Source: Octopus vulgaris
Taxonomy: Eukaryota
DNA: 64,000 bases
Assembly: GCA_951406725.2 (NCBI GenBank)
Contig: OX597827.1
Span: 69,750,001 to 69,814,000, forward strand
Reading direction: 5' to 3'
A program made the translations under genes and the position numbers. Below are positions 13,981 through 26,959 of the stretch, in pieces (position 1 is the stretch's first letter; the number at the start of each line of letters is the position of its first letter). Under the pieces are notes generated by a model. It saw only the letters and a program-made list of their open reading frames with translations. It did not search any database and was not told where the DNA came from.

Positions 13981-14249
13981 GTGGCTTCTAATTTTAACTG
14001 ACTGGAAGTGCTATCATGTACAATGTTTTGTCTTTGTGTAAAAGATGGGCTATAACAAATATTCTGCTCAATACCACAAATTTCCTTGTCAGTTGCTTGA
14101 CATTAACCAGTTGAACACGTCTTTCATGAATGACTATATGTGTATATCTGATAGCGAGCAGATGTCTTCTTTATTCATTGTTTACAGCCAATCGAGATTG
14201 GACGAAATTTTCCGTCCCTTTGTACCGGCGCACATCGTTTTCGTTTTTA

Positions 14250-14300
14250 GCTCTGCTGATGAAGGCCAGAGATATGAACGAAACTGCCATGTCTTCAATA
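14250..14300 (+). ncRNA. Degenerate hammerhead-like core
   Basis: CTGATGA 14256-14262, GAAA 14280-14283, followed by AATAAA; stems poorly paired. Confidence 0.3.
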
Positions 14301-14451
14301 AAACAAAAGCGTTTCGTCTAGGAAAGATACATATATGGAATATATAATTTTGTTTCAGCGTATATATACATATATCTATATATATATATATATATATATA
14401 TATCGTTTTTGTAATTAATAAGGCACTAAAAGAGAATGACTCTCCTCAGAC

Positions 14452-14504
<53 letters not shown>

Positions 14505-14749
14505 CTGACTTGTTTTATTTGAGTAACAAGCTGTTATCTGTTCTTTCTTTAATATTCAAAATACAAATAAATATGAATACTTCTCTCATTGATCTGAATT
14601 CTCTGCTAAAGTTATTACTCTAAGATTATAATCTGCTAAATTTATTACACTAAGATAAAAATCTGTCTACATTAACCACACATCTTTTTTATTCTTTTAT
14701 ACTTTTACTTGTTTCAGTCATTTGACAGTGGCCATGCTGGATCACCGCC

Positions 14750-14802
<53 letters not shown>

Positions 14803-14806
<4 letters not shown>

Positions 14807-15420
14807 CAATAATAAATCTCTAAACGAGATATAAACAGTAACTGCTCTATAACATAAGGGGCATCAGCCATCTGAATGTGGCTAGGGACAGGGCAGGGCG
14901 GTGGGGGTGTTACTGATGCATTTAGCCCTAGGCAATCAAGGACACCGAGATGGTGTCAGCCCTCCTGGTGACGTTGATGATCGCCTGGGGCTAAATGCAT
15001 CAGTAACACCCCCACCGCCCTGCCCTGTCCCTAGCCACATTCAGATGGCTGATGCCCCTTATGTTATATATATATATATATATATATCTCGTTTAGAGAT
15101 TTATTATTGCTTTCGAACGGTTTTTCTACATCAGTAAACGTGTTTACTGTGAAAATCCTTAAATATATAGCCTGTACAGAGAGTTATTCGTCGGAGAGCG
15201 GTGCTTACCATGCGTTGATAATAGGCAAATACCTTGAAACCTGGTCCGTATGTAGCATCCGCTTCTTCGGGGAATGATCTCCCTTTGCAGGCTAGAGGAC
15301 ACCGAGATGGTGTCAGCCCTCCTGGAGACGTTGATGATCGCCTGGGGCTAAATGCATCAGTAACACCCCCACCGCCCTGCCCTGTCCCTAGCCACATTCA
15401 GATGGCTGATGCCCCTTATG

Positions 15421-15423
<3 letters not shown>
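14803..15423. mobile_element. Penelope-like inverted + tandem pseudo-LTR arrangement in (TA)n
   Basis: 14803-14938 is inverted relative to 14978-15111; 14939-15066 is repeated directly at 15296-15423; contains variant core TTGATGA-GCC/GGC-TAAA-TGCATC. Confidence 0.65.
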
Positions 15424-15487
<64 letters not shown>

Positions 15488-15679
15488 AGGTATTGGTAGC
15501 CAGAAGACCCAACATGTTAGGTAAGGCTATGTAAGTGCTACGAGAGGACTGTAGTTAGACTCTCAGTTCGATAATATTACGAGTGAGGAGTCTAATGCAG
15601 GTCTTGCGTGAGCATGTATATGTTAAATAAAATGAGACAACAAAGCCAAAACTGTGTGCAATTTATAAAGGAAAAGGTA

Positions 15680-15727
15680 GTCTTGCAGCTGTTTCTGAGA
15701 TATTAGGGATATCCCTTCATCAGAGAC
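15680..15727 (-). ncRNA. Minimal hammerhead motif (family shared with 39328), cleavage-triplet U replaced by C
   Basis: Minus strand: GTCT-CTGATGA-AGGGATAT ccctA ATATCTCA-GAAA-CAGCTG-CA-AGAC; perfect 4-bp stem I. Confidence 0.65.
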
Positions 15728-15771
15728 GATGTGAGAGAGATAACTAGAGGGAAATAGTAGAGTTCAATATA

Positions 15772-16222
15772 GGCGCAGGAGTGGCTGTGTGGTAAGTAGC
15801 TTGCTTACCAACCACATGATTCTGGGTTCAGTCCCACTGCGTGGAACCTTGGGCAAGTGTCTTCTACTATAGCCTCGGACCGGCCAAAGCCTTGTGAGTG
15901 GATTTGGTAGATGGAAACTGAAAGAAGCCCGTCGTATACATGTATATATATATGTGTGTGTGTGTGCGTGTGTGTGTGTGTATGCGTGTGTGTGTGTGTG
16001 TGTGTGTGTGTGAGTGTATGTTTGTGTGTCTGTGTTTGTCCTCCAGCATCGCTTGGTAACCGATGCTGGTGTGTTTACGTCCCCGTAACTTAGCGGTTCG
16101 GCAAAAGAGACCGATAGAATAAGTACTGGGCTTACATAGAATAAGTCCAGGGGCTCGATTTGCTCGACTAAAGGCGGTGCTCCAGCATGGCCACAGTCAA
16201 ATGACTGAAACAAGTAAAGTAG
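15772..16222 (+). mobile_element. SINE family A, full length
   Basis: tRNA-like head (TGGCTGTGTGG, GGGTTCAGTCCC), CCTTGGGCAAGTGTCTT core, internal (TA)(TG)n, tail ending GACTGAAACAAGTAAA. Confidence 0.9.
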
Positions 16223-16319
16223 TAAAGGAGTATAATGAGTTCAATATTAGGAGGGGTATAGTAGAATACACTTGCCCAGGGTGTCACGCAGTGGGATAGA
16301 ACCCAGAACTTGAAACTAT

Positions 16320-16876
16320 GGATGGATGGATGGATGGATGGAAACACTCCGTCGGTTACGACGACGAGGGTTCCGGTTGATCCGATCAACGGAACAGCCT
16401 GCTCGTGAAATTAACGTGTAAGTGGCTGAGCACTCCACAGACACGTGTACCCTTAACGTAGTTCTCGGGGATATTCAGCGTGACACAGAGAATGACAAGG
16501 CTGGCCCTTTGAAATACAGGTACAACAGAAACAGGAAGTAAGAGTGAGAGAAAGTTGTGGTGAAAGAGTACAGCAGGGATCACCACCATCCGCTGCCGGA
16601 GCCACGTGGAGCTTTTAGGTGTTTTCGCTCAATAAACACTCACAACGCCCGGTCTGGGAATCGAAACCGCGATCCTACGACCGCGAGTCCGCTGCCCTAA
16701 CCATTGGGCCATTGCGCCTCCGCTCTTGAAACTATATAAACACACAGACAGCGGAGCCTCGTGGAGCTTTAGGTGTTTTCGCTCAATAAACACTCACAAC
16801 GCCCGGTCTTGGAATCGAAACCGCGATCCTACGACCGCGAGTCCGCTGCCCTAACCACTGGGCCATTGCGCCTCCG
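16320..16876 (-). mobile_element. SINE family C tail type 3 with 11-bp TSD, plus a tandem duplicate of its head
   Basis: TSD CTTGAAACTAT 16309-16319 and 16725-16735; head plus flank duplicated at 16752-16904. Confidence 0.9.
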
Positions 16877-17414
16877 CTCTTGAAACTATATAAACACACA
16901 GACAGACCCACACATATGCACACACACACATACACACACTTTATGCACACACTGCTTCTTGTATATACGATCTTAGTTAAAAGTAAGAACAAACCAATAC
17001 GTCGTATATATTACAACGGAAATTTAATCATCTTTGCTTGAATACCTGCTCCGTGATTGAATCAACCGTTTAAGTTACAATAATATATAATAACGGTATT
17101 GATTCACTTTGGTCTTATATATTGTTTAATTATTTTAATTAGGATTTTAGCTAATGGCTACATTTTATTATACCTCTAAAAAACTAATTGACAGATAATG
17201 ATACTTCGTACTCCGTTCCCTCAGCATCCATCCTTTCATTGTTCTCCCACCCCTGCTATCCTCGCTCCACGAATCCCTAATTTTTTCTTTCCCTTAAAGG
17301 CTCTCAGTCAGGGTTCCTCTCCATCCTGGTGCATTGCTCCCCTGCCGTCTCCTTTGCCTTGGATCTTCTGTCCATGCTCGCTCTTGCGTAGTTACTTACG
17401 ATAGACACACAAAC

Positions 17415-17479
<65 letters not shown>

Positions 17480-17484
<5 letters not shown>

Positions 17485-17975
17485 AACTTACTTGGAAAAG
17501 GATGCGTGGCGTTCGATCATATAACAATATAGATGATATATAAATATATGCATATATACATACATATATGTACATACCTACATCTATATGTATATATACA
17601 TGCATATATGGGTACAGGACATCAAAAGAAAAACGTTGAACACAATGAGAAATAAAAACATAAAAACACAAACATGGAAAACGAACTTTTTTTCGAACAA
17701 CAAAAAACCCCCTGAGAAACGAGACATGCAACATAAAGAATATAGATAGATATGTTTCTTTATTAGCCACACAGGGCTGCACACAGACGAGACAGATTAC
17801 AAAAAACGTGGGGTAGGTTTTCGATCAAAAGGGATCATAAAAGGGAAAGAAAAAAAAAGAAAAAGAAAAAGTATCAATCAGAAATGTCATGGTGTAAAGT
17901 GTAAAGGGGGAAGCAGATAGGGTTTACCCGTGGAAAGAAAAACCTACGGAAAAGACCACGGTAACCTCGGTCAAT
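17480..17975 (-). repeat. Microsatellite-associated dispersed repeats (unclassified, possibly Penelope-like)
   Basis: Segments are reverse complements of 24750-24805 and 25290-25600, 23790-23885, and 57335-57520. Confidence 0.75.
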
Positions 17976-17984
17976 AAGTTCCCT

Positions 17985-18850
17985 CCGAACCATGGGGCAG
18001 ATAAGGCCGCATCACAATCTCTCCAACCAGCTCTGTTTTCTGCTACTGTTCTGGTCTAATCCCACTTCCTCTACCCTTTTTTCTTTCCTTATCAACGGTC
18101 TTTTGGCATGTGGTTTTTGAGTACCCAGCTGTTCTTTCCCCCCCTCAAGCTACCATCTTAGTGCCACCATGCAACCGCTTTTTCGGTCTTTCCTGACGAC
18201 GTTTCCGATCCAGTTCCAACATCTGCATCCTATTTCGTCACTGATCCTTATTTCGTCACAGTAGGAGTAGGAAGCACTCCGTCGGTTACGACGATGAGGG
18301 TTCCGGTTGATCCGAATCAACGGAACAGCCTGCTCGTGAAATTAACGTGTAAGTGGCTGAGCACTCCACAGACACGTGTACCCTTAACGTAGTTCTCGGG
18401 GATATTCAGCGTGACACAGAGAGTGACAAGGCCGGCCCTTTGAAATACAGGTACAACAGAAACAGGAAGTAAGAGTGAGAGAAAGTTGTGGTGAAAGAGT
18501 ACAGCAGGGATCACCACCAACCCCTGCCGGAGCCTCGTGGAGCTTTAGGTGTTTTCGCTCAATAAACACTCTCAACACCCGGTCTGGGAATCGAAACCGC
18601 GATCCTATGACCGCGAGTCTGCTGCCCTAACCACTGGGCCATTGCGCCTCCACATTTCGTCACAACCCATCATCGTCTAAATTGTGTCATTTCGAACATT
18701 TTGCAGCCACTTGCTGTCGAGTATTCTCCTTAAGCATATAAACTGGAATCTGTCCATTGTTTTTCTTTCCCTTTTTTTCTTTCACTTTTCAGTTTCCACA
18801 TCCGTAGAGTAAGACCATTGTCTCGCACAGTTCCAGCGTCGTTTTGCGGC
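17985..18850 (-). mobile_element. RTE-clade LINE 3' remnant interrupted by a SINE
   Basis: Minus-strand peptides LLYGCG, FQFICLRRILDSKW..VRND, WNWIGNVVRK, ALRW, AENRAGWR typical of the RTE ORF C-terminus. Confidence 0.7.
18261..18653 (-). mobile_element. SINE family C tail type 3 with 11-bp TSD
   Basis: TSD ATTTCGTCACA 18250-18260 and 18654-18664; nearly identical to the 16.3-kb and 30.9-kb copies. Confidence 0.92.
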
Positions 18851-19716
18851 CTGTATCTTTGCTTCTCAGGCATCGTTTACAGTGTAGGCTAACCCTAAAT
18901 CACTACTCCTGACACAACACATCGCATCACCTTTCTATTCTGTTCTCCCTTTTCTCAATAATCCCTGGCACTAAAGCTTTCTATTTCCCTTGCTCCTTGT
19001 CATAACCCCTGCCGCTCCAAACCTCTTCCTCTATTCTGTTACTCTCTCCACTGTCATCCTACTAGGCACGTAGCTACGGAGGTGGGGAGCTATGGGGTGC
19101 TCAGCACCCCTAGTAGAATCTCAGCCCCTCCACCCCAGTATGAGAATTTGTTTTATCATCCACTTTTGAAATAATTAGATTGTCGCCACCTTTTCTGTTT
19201 TCTCATAAGCAATATCTGAAGTCGCTAAAGATGCAATAAATTGAATTTCTTTTGATTTAGTAGTTAGTGATAAGAAAATGTGGGTAAATTAGTAGTTGGT
19301 CAAAGTGTTTGTTGTAGTTGTAATTGTTGTCGCAAGGTGACCTAAACTAATGCTGATGTCACATAAAGAAAAAAAAGGGACCAGTTCGGAAACGTGTCTA
19401 ACCGTAGAAATCCTACCAAAACAGACATTAGAACATGACGCAGTACTCCGACGAGTCAGATCCTATTGAACCGTCCAATCCATGCCGACATGGGAGCCGG
19501 ACGTTAAGTGATGACGAATGATAATGAATGATGATGAATGATGATGACTAATGATGAACAGAAGTTTCAAACAAGTAACGGATTGGAATCTCACAACGTA
19601 ATTACAGAAATGTAATTGAACTTGTTCTCTTTTATGAATATAGTAATTAGAGCAATAATCTTTAACTGCTTATACATATAAGCATCTATACATATTTACA
19701 TATATGCATATCTCCC

Positions 19717-19757
<41 letters not shown>

Positions 19758-19759
19758 CA

Positions 19760-20152
19760 CGAGTAAAACGCCCCCCGTCCAATGGACGGTGCTGAGTTGT
19801 CAAACATTTAAACCAAATTTTCTCAAAACAACCTGTCCGACCGTCCCATAGGCCTCCCCCTTTGAGAAACACTGATTTAACCTAAATTTGAGACACCAGC
19901 AAAAGAAGAAATAAAGATAGACTTTTTTCTATCCCCCCCAAAAAACGCTTTTACGAATGCACGTTCCCACGGCTTTATCGATCGCATTTTAACCTGGAAT
20001 CGATTTTCGTAATTGTTTCAAGACTTATACACGCCCTGATACCGTCGGTATCTACATATCAAATTTGAGCGCAATCGGATGGAGGATGCCCGAGATCCTT
20101 GAAGACACACACACAGATAGACAGAACGACAGAACGGATTTTATATAAGAGA
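19760..20152 (-). mobile_element. Non-autonomous Helitron-like element
   Basis: Minus strand A|TCTCTTATATAAAA 5' end, subterminal hairpin CCGTCC-ATT-GGACGG, variant 3' end CTCG|T. Confidence 0.7.
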
Positions 20153-20976
20153 TATAGTTACATACATGTATATACATACAAATACGTTAATATGAGAAGT
20201 ATAGAAAAAATCCTACGACCGCGAGTCCGCTGCGTTAACCACTGGGCCTCCACATTTATAATTATACTCTATTTTATATTCTTATATATATTTATATTCT
20301 TATATATATTTATTTGTGTGCATTTATAATATTCACTGTGACTCCGATAATAACTATTACTTGAGAATATATAAGTTTAATAATTCGACTGAATGCCAGA
20401 TAAAAGAAAAGAACAAAACTAAAAACCCACTAAAATAACTACAATATAATATGATTTCTTAATAGACTACTTCTATTCAGAAGTACCGACAATGCTTATA
20501 AAAACAATTTATATTTGAGACAAGACGGTGTCAGCGAATGTAATTATACAGTTATATTTATTCATTTAGTTATTAATTCCAGTAATATTTGGTAATAACA
20601 TAACTTACATTACGTAATTATAATAGACCGAATAATTAATGTAATAATGTTTTTCGTTTGCTTTTTAGAAATATTTTGTAGGATATTAAGATGTCGATGC
20701 TATTTTATTTTTGCAGACATACATTTACGTTGGTAATATTTTCAAAAAGTATTTGATTATTATGAAAAATACATCTTGTATAATTATGATAGCTTGAGTA
20801 ACTAACGTATTTTTTTTTCTCTCGTTTGGAATATTTTATCAATATAGACCCTGAGATATAAGGTACCAAGGAAGATAACGTGCAAGTGCGGTATGACGTC
20901 TTCTTACAATGGAATATCATATTCTCATTAAAGTAAGTACTATTTTTTTATAATTCATATTCAATAATTGTATTGT

Positions 20977-21056
<80 letters not shown>

Positions 21057-21057
<1 letters not shown>

Positions 21058-21567
21058 TAGCAGTATCGCCCGGCGTTGCTCGGGTTTGTAAGGGAAATAA
21101 CTATATAAGCATTTTTAGAGAGTTACTTCCCTTATAGATGCCAATTCGGGCTTTCTTAGCCATTTCTGTTTTGGTGTCTTCAAGCCATGAGGTCGTTGTT
21201 CTAAAAGAACGCTGGTCTCCTTGACAACGCTTTACGACGTTGATTTCCTTACACTCCCTTCCCCACAGCTTCACGAGGGAGGGAAGAAGGGGGAGAAGCA
21301 AACAGGTACAGGTGTTTGAGCATGGACGCCAACTCCGCCGCCATCGACACACGAAAAATTATGCATTAAAATGGAATAAAAAATGATGGTAAATTATTTT
21401 TAAAATCGTAGACTCATCGTAGACGCGCGCTAATAGCCAGACGGGCTCGATATTAATCACGACTATAAGATACCCGAATTTGGTTAAACTGCACCGCAAA
21501 ATGTGGGAGGAGTTAGGAATCTAAATTGTAGGAGACACTCACACAACTACAGTTTTATATATATAGA
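21057..21567 (-). mobile_element. Non-autonomous Helitron
   Basis: Minus strand A|TCTATATATATAAAA 5' end, CCCG-AGCAACGC-CGGG hairpin, CTAG|T 3' end; inserted at AT within (TA)n. Confidence 0.85.
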
Positions 21568-21666
21568 TATATATATTTATATATATATATATTTATATAT
21601 ATATATGTATGTATCAACGTATACAGGTATACAAATATATGCAAACAAGTATATTTATGTATGTAA

Positions 21667-21891
21667 GTGGAGGCGCAATGGCCCAGTGGTTAGGGCAGCG
21701 GCTCCTGCAGGGGGTGGTGGCGATCGCTGCTGTACTCTTTTGCCACAACTTTCCCTCACTCCTTCTTCTGTTGGCCTGCTCGCTTAGCCAGCGGTGTGAC
21801 GTCATTTGAAGGCTAAAACAATGTGAAGCGCATTGTGACCAGCGATGTGTAGCAACATCTGATAGCCTGGTCGGTCACGGTGATCACGGTG
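21667..21891 (+). mobile_element. SINE family C tail type 4, internally deleted (no B box or core), 15-bp TSD
   Basis: TSD ATATTTATGTATGTA 21651-21665 and 21892-21906; tail ends in (CACGGTGAT)2. Confidence 0.85.
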
Positions 21892-21922
21892 ATATTTATG
21901 TATGTATGTATGTATGTATGTA

Positions 21923-21971
<49 letters not shown>

Positions 21972-22069
21972 ATATATATATATGATTGTGTAACATATTT
22001 TGATAATAGAGAAAGTATATATATTGCTACACCTCAGTTGTAGACAAATGTAATACAGATTGTTTGATG

Positions 22070-22106
<37 letters not shown>

Positions 22107-22803
22107 AGTAAGAATGTATGAATACTCACTCAACTGCATACATGTACTGCATAATTACAAACTCTAGAAAATGAAGTTTTTTGTGCGTCTTTATATTTCG
22201 AAAATTTCAGATTTAGCATTCCAATAAACTTTTTACTTGTAGTGAATTGTAAGAACCAATGTTTCTCAGCTGTGCTTATGCTGCATCTGTTGCTGCCATT
22301 TTTATAAAGCTTTGATCGTTCAGCGATTTTCTTATGGATATTTTCGTTGGAAGTATTTTGTCTCGACGATACGACACAAATACATAATTTCGTTGAATTA
22401 CGCTGATTTCTGAAGATTCAAATGCGGTTTGCAATCTAATCGACCTACTGAAAATAAAGATGTCTGGCTCTAATGTTTTTGTATTAAGCACTTATATATC
22501 TGTAGCAATATATCTGTAGTAATATTATTATAGAATATTTATACGGACACACACACAAATACATCTATACATACACACATGAATATATTTGCTACGTATG
22601 TAATTATATATATTATTAATGAAAGTAAAAATATTGTTTAATTTATATTAAATTTCACACAGAAAAGGTTATGTGAAATGTATATATATTACACACACAC
22701 ACATGCACACACACATGTGTGTATATATATTACACACACACACATGCACACACACATGTACGCATGTGTGTGTACATTAGTCTATATATGTAGGGTGTAT
22801 ATC

Positions 22804-22841
<38 letters not shown>

Positions 22842-22926
22842 TGTATTTTCGACTTATAATTTTGTGTGATGTTCAAAATATATTAAACAATATAAATACA
22901 TACTTAATTATACATACATACATACA

Positions 22927-22960
<34 letters not shown>

Positions 22961-23029
22961 CATACATATAGATATAGATAGATAGACGGATAGGTAGATA
23001 AATAGACAGACAGATCGACAGATAGATAG

Positions 23030-23074
<45 letters not shown>

Positions 23075-23252
23075 TAGATACATAGACAGATAGAGAGAGA
23101 TTGAGAGAGAAAGAGAGATGTATATACATACGCACATATATACACATACACGCATACATAAAATGTTATTTTGTATTAATTTTATTACTGATCAACAAAG
23201 GGCCCAAATTGCTTTCATAAACTCTTTCCTTCTTTCTTCCTTTCCGCTTATG

Positions 23253-23342
<90 letters not shown>

Positions 23343-23607
23343 ATTAATAAATATCAGGAGAAATAATGAATTAATAAATTTATTAATTTACTATTTCTTC
23401 TCTACCGACGCTATGCGGTCTTCATAAAGACATTCGGATTTACCAAAATGAGGATTAACCGAGTATAGTAAATTCAACTGACTGGAGTTCCTCCACATTT
23501 ACTGAGGTTAGCCAGCATTGTTAACCGATAAGAGCGACCACGGTACCCGCTAGGATTATATATCCCTATTACCCATTTTTGGAAATTTACTTTGATTAGT
23601 ATGTATT

Positions 23608-23728
<121 letters not shown>

Positions 23729-23757
23729 AATCTATCTATCTATCTATCTATCTTTCA

Positions 23758-23789
<32 letters not shown>

Positions 23790-23964
23790 GACCGAGGTTT
23801 CCGTGGTCTTTTCCGTAGGCTTTTCTTTCCACGGATAAACCTAGTCTGCTTCCCCCTTTACACTTTACATCATGACACTGTGATACACGTCATCTTAACT
23901 CCTAGCGCATCGATCTAATACATTCACTGAGTATGTCCAATTGACTTTTGTTGTTTTTTCTATA

Positions 23965-24031
<67 letters not shown>

Positions 24032-24048
24032 CTATGTATCTATCTATG

Positions 24049-24143
<95 letters not shown>

Positions 24144-24162
24144 ATATCTGAAAATTGGAAGT

Positions 24163-24205
24163 CCACCTGAAGATTGTCGATCAAGACAAGAAACAATTGT
24201 AGTGG
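24163..24205 (+). ncRNA. Minimal type I hammerhead ribozyme with canonical core
   Basis: CCAC-CTGAAGA-TTGTC gatcaa GACAA-GAAA-CAATTG-TA-GTGG: 4-bp stem I, 5-bp stem II, palindromic ACAATTGT stem III, GUA cleavage triplet. Confidence 0.85.
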
Positions 24206-24290
24206 CGGTTTTTTAAACTTTTTATTAAAATTTTATGTATTGATTAAGTCTTTCCTTGTTTGTTTTGCAAAATAGTGGTTTTGTCTCTAA

Positions 24291-24338
<48 letters not shown>

Positions 24339-24339
24339 G

Positions 24340-24475
<136 letters not shown>

Positions 24476-25434
24476 CAAGAAAAAACAACAAAAGTGAATT
24501 AGGCATACTCAGCGAATATATTAGATCGATGCTCTCGGAGTGAAGATGACGTTTTATTGGATGGCTTGTCACTGGAAAGAGGATTTTAGGAAAAAGTTCA
24601 GAAAGGAGGCAAACGAAGGAAATAGTTCAAAGAAAAGCTCGTGAGTCATTACATATACGAAAAATTATGTATGTATGTATGTATGTATGTATGTATGTAT
24701 GTATGTATGTATGTATGTATGTATATATGTATGTATGTATATATATTATTTATATTATTATATGATCTAACGCCACGAATCCTTTTCCAAGTAAGTTTTA
24801 TCTTAATAATTACGATGCGCACTCTTCTACCTTTACTATCTCTTCTCTGTCTATCTCTCTCCCTCTCTTGTTCTTCATCCTTTCTGGTTTTCTCTCCAAC
24901 CCTCTCCTATTCTTCTCCTCTCCTCTTCACCGTTCCCTTTCTCTCACTCCTCCTCCTCGACTCTCTCGTCGCTGACATCTGACGAAAGAGAATCTATCTT
25001 TCTGACTACTACCTTCGTAAAGACAATAACGTGCTTATACTGTCTCCTTCATAAGCTCGTCCTCCTAGCGTCCAGAACAATTTTTCCATCGTCTTGGCTT
25101 AATAGCCCTGAACGTTTGTTTTTACTGATTTGTTCTCACTGTCCTGTTCTTGTTACCACTTTCACCCTCCGCAAAAAATCCCAAATTTTATTTAATTTGC
25201 TTTGCGGGAAGGACTGTTTCAATGAAGTCGCGTCTTGTCCTTACCTTCGGAACGCGGAGTAGATAAAACAAGGGAAAACTGATGAAAGGAATGTTCTTTA
25301 TGTTGCATGTCTCGTTTCTCTGTTTGTTGTTTTTTTCGTTGTTCGAAAAAAAAGTTCGTTTCTATGTTTTTGCTTTTATGTTTTCGTTTCTCATTGTGTT
25401 CAACTTTTATTTTGATGCCCTGTACCCATATATG

Positions 25435-25504
<70 letters not shown>

Positions 25505-25663
25505 TATGTACAAATATGTATATATATAGGTATATATTTATATATTATATATATTATTATATAATCGAACGCCATGCATCCTTTTCCATGTAAGTTTTAT
25601 ATATATATATTATTTACATTCAACGGTTCAAACGGATATTTGTCCTCATCTTGTTTGTTGTTA

Positions 25664-25707
25664 ATACAACGTTTCAGCTGATATACCCTCCGGCCTTCAT
25701 CAGGTGT
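25664..25707 (-). ncRNA. Minimal hammerhead motif, slightly degenerate
   Basis: Minus strand ACAC-CTGATGA-AGGCCG gagggtatat CAGCT-GAAA-CG-TT-GTAT. Confidence 0.6.
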
Positions 25708-25794
25708 CTTGGGGAAATTTCGAACCTGAGTGGAAATCGAACTGGTGAGTGTGTTAAATAATAAAGCACTAAAAGAGAATGACTCTCCCCCCTG

Positions 25795-25980
25795 AAATTT
25801 TGAGGGAGGGAGCTAGTCGATTACATCGACCTTAGTGCTCAACTGGTACTTAATTTATCGACTCCGAAAGGATGAAAAGCAAAGTCGACTTCGGCAGCTT
25901 TCGAACTCTGAACGTAAAGACGGGTGAAATTCTGCTAAGCATTTATGCCCGGCGTGCTAACGATTCAGCCAGCTCGCCTC
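25795..25980 (-). mobile_element. SINE family B, diverged
   Basis: GAAAGGATGAAAAGCAAAGTCGAC...GCCAGCTCGCC. Confidence 0.85.
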
Positions 25981-26959
25981 CTTTGTACCAGTGATATAAT
26001 GCGATCGATTCAATCAATCGCTGTTGCCTTTGTTTACGTGGTTATTTTGAACGTTGGAAAGCTTTCAAAGCATAAAGTTGCAAAGATGTCATTATTGTGT
26101 AGTTCCGTCTTAATTAAGACTGCGCAGTTAAATTCAACGGACATTTATTGCGCAACATATCTCACATATAATAGTCGAGACAACGTGGACAGCGATCATT
26201 AAGCTGTTTTCTAGTAATAAGATATAGTTATAGTCCAACCAACTGGAAGTTAAATCAGCAAATAAAAGAATAGACAGCAAATATAAATATATTTGTCTTT
26301 TTTTTTTAAAAAAAGGAAAAATTAAGGAAAAAAATTGCTGGTATTTAAGACTAACTATAGGAGGCATTAAAAGGTTATATTTATCACAATTACAACATAG
26401 TATGGAAGCTGCTACAATTAGAAAGTTATTATAAAACATCCACTGCAGTGTAACTAAAATATCTCAAGGAAGATAAGAGCGTTTTAATACAGATAAAAAT
26501 AAATAAACTAATGAATAAAACATGAAAAGAAACGTAAAAAAGACATTTTTTTTTCTGCATTTACAATATCTTTTTTCACTGCGTCTTTTTTTTTCTCTGA
26601 GATTTTATTTTATCGCTTGTCTTTCAAGAAGTGAGGACTTTGTTCATGGCCTGCTGGAAACCAGTTGGCTAGAGTTACACGTTTAGCAGGCTTTGATAAC
26701 GTGCTGATATAAAAGCTGGAAGGTTTGAGTATTACTGAAACGAATTTTAGGGTGTCGTTTTCAGATTGAAGGACATCACTAATGATATAGTAAATAGTTT
26801 AGGGCGATAAACCAAATGTGAATGGTGCAAAGCCGAGGGGACAGTACAGCAAAGGAATTAAAATGAAGGTGGGAGACAACAGAATTTTTTGGCATTTTCA
26901 TTCATTTATTTATTCATCTTTGCATTTTCTATTAGTTTATAATAATCTAAAATATTTTA

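Noticed and set aside
19062-19137. hAT-like terminus with GGGGTGCTCAGCACCCC hairpin
   Set aside because: Only one end visible and no TSD; cannot be classified.
20909-20938. ATG GAA TAT CAT ATT CTC ATT AAA|gtaagt, possible first coding exon
   Set aside because: Good donor only; too short to support without transcript data.
24978-25010. CTGACGA hammerhead-like start (similar partial matches at about 35038 and 35318)
   Set aside because: No matching GAAA or stem III downstream.
26134-26439. Minus-strand ORF with GPCR TM2-like YLLSILLFADL
   Set aside because: No TM1 GN or TM3 DRY in a compatible frame; the hydrophobicity is explained by T-rich composition.
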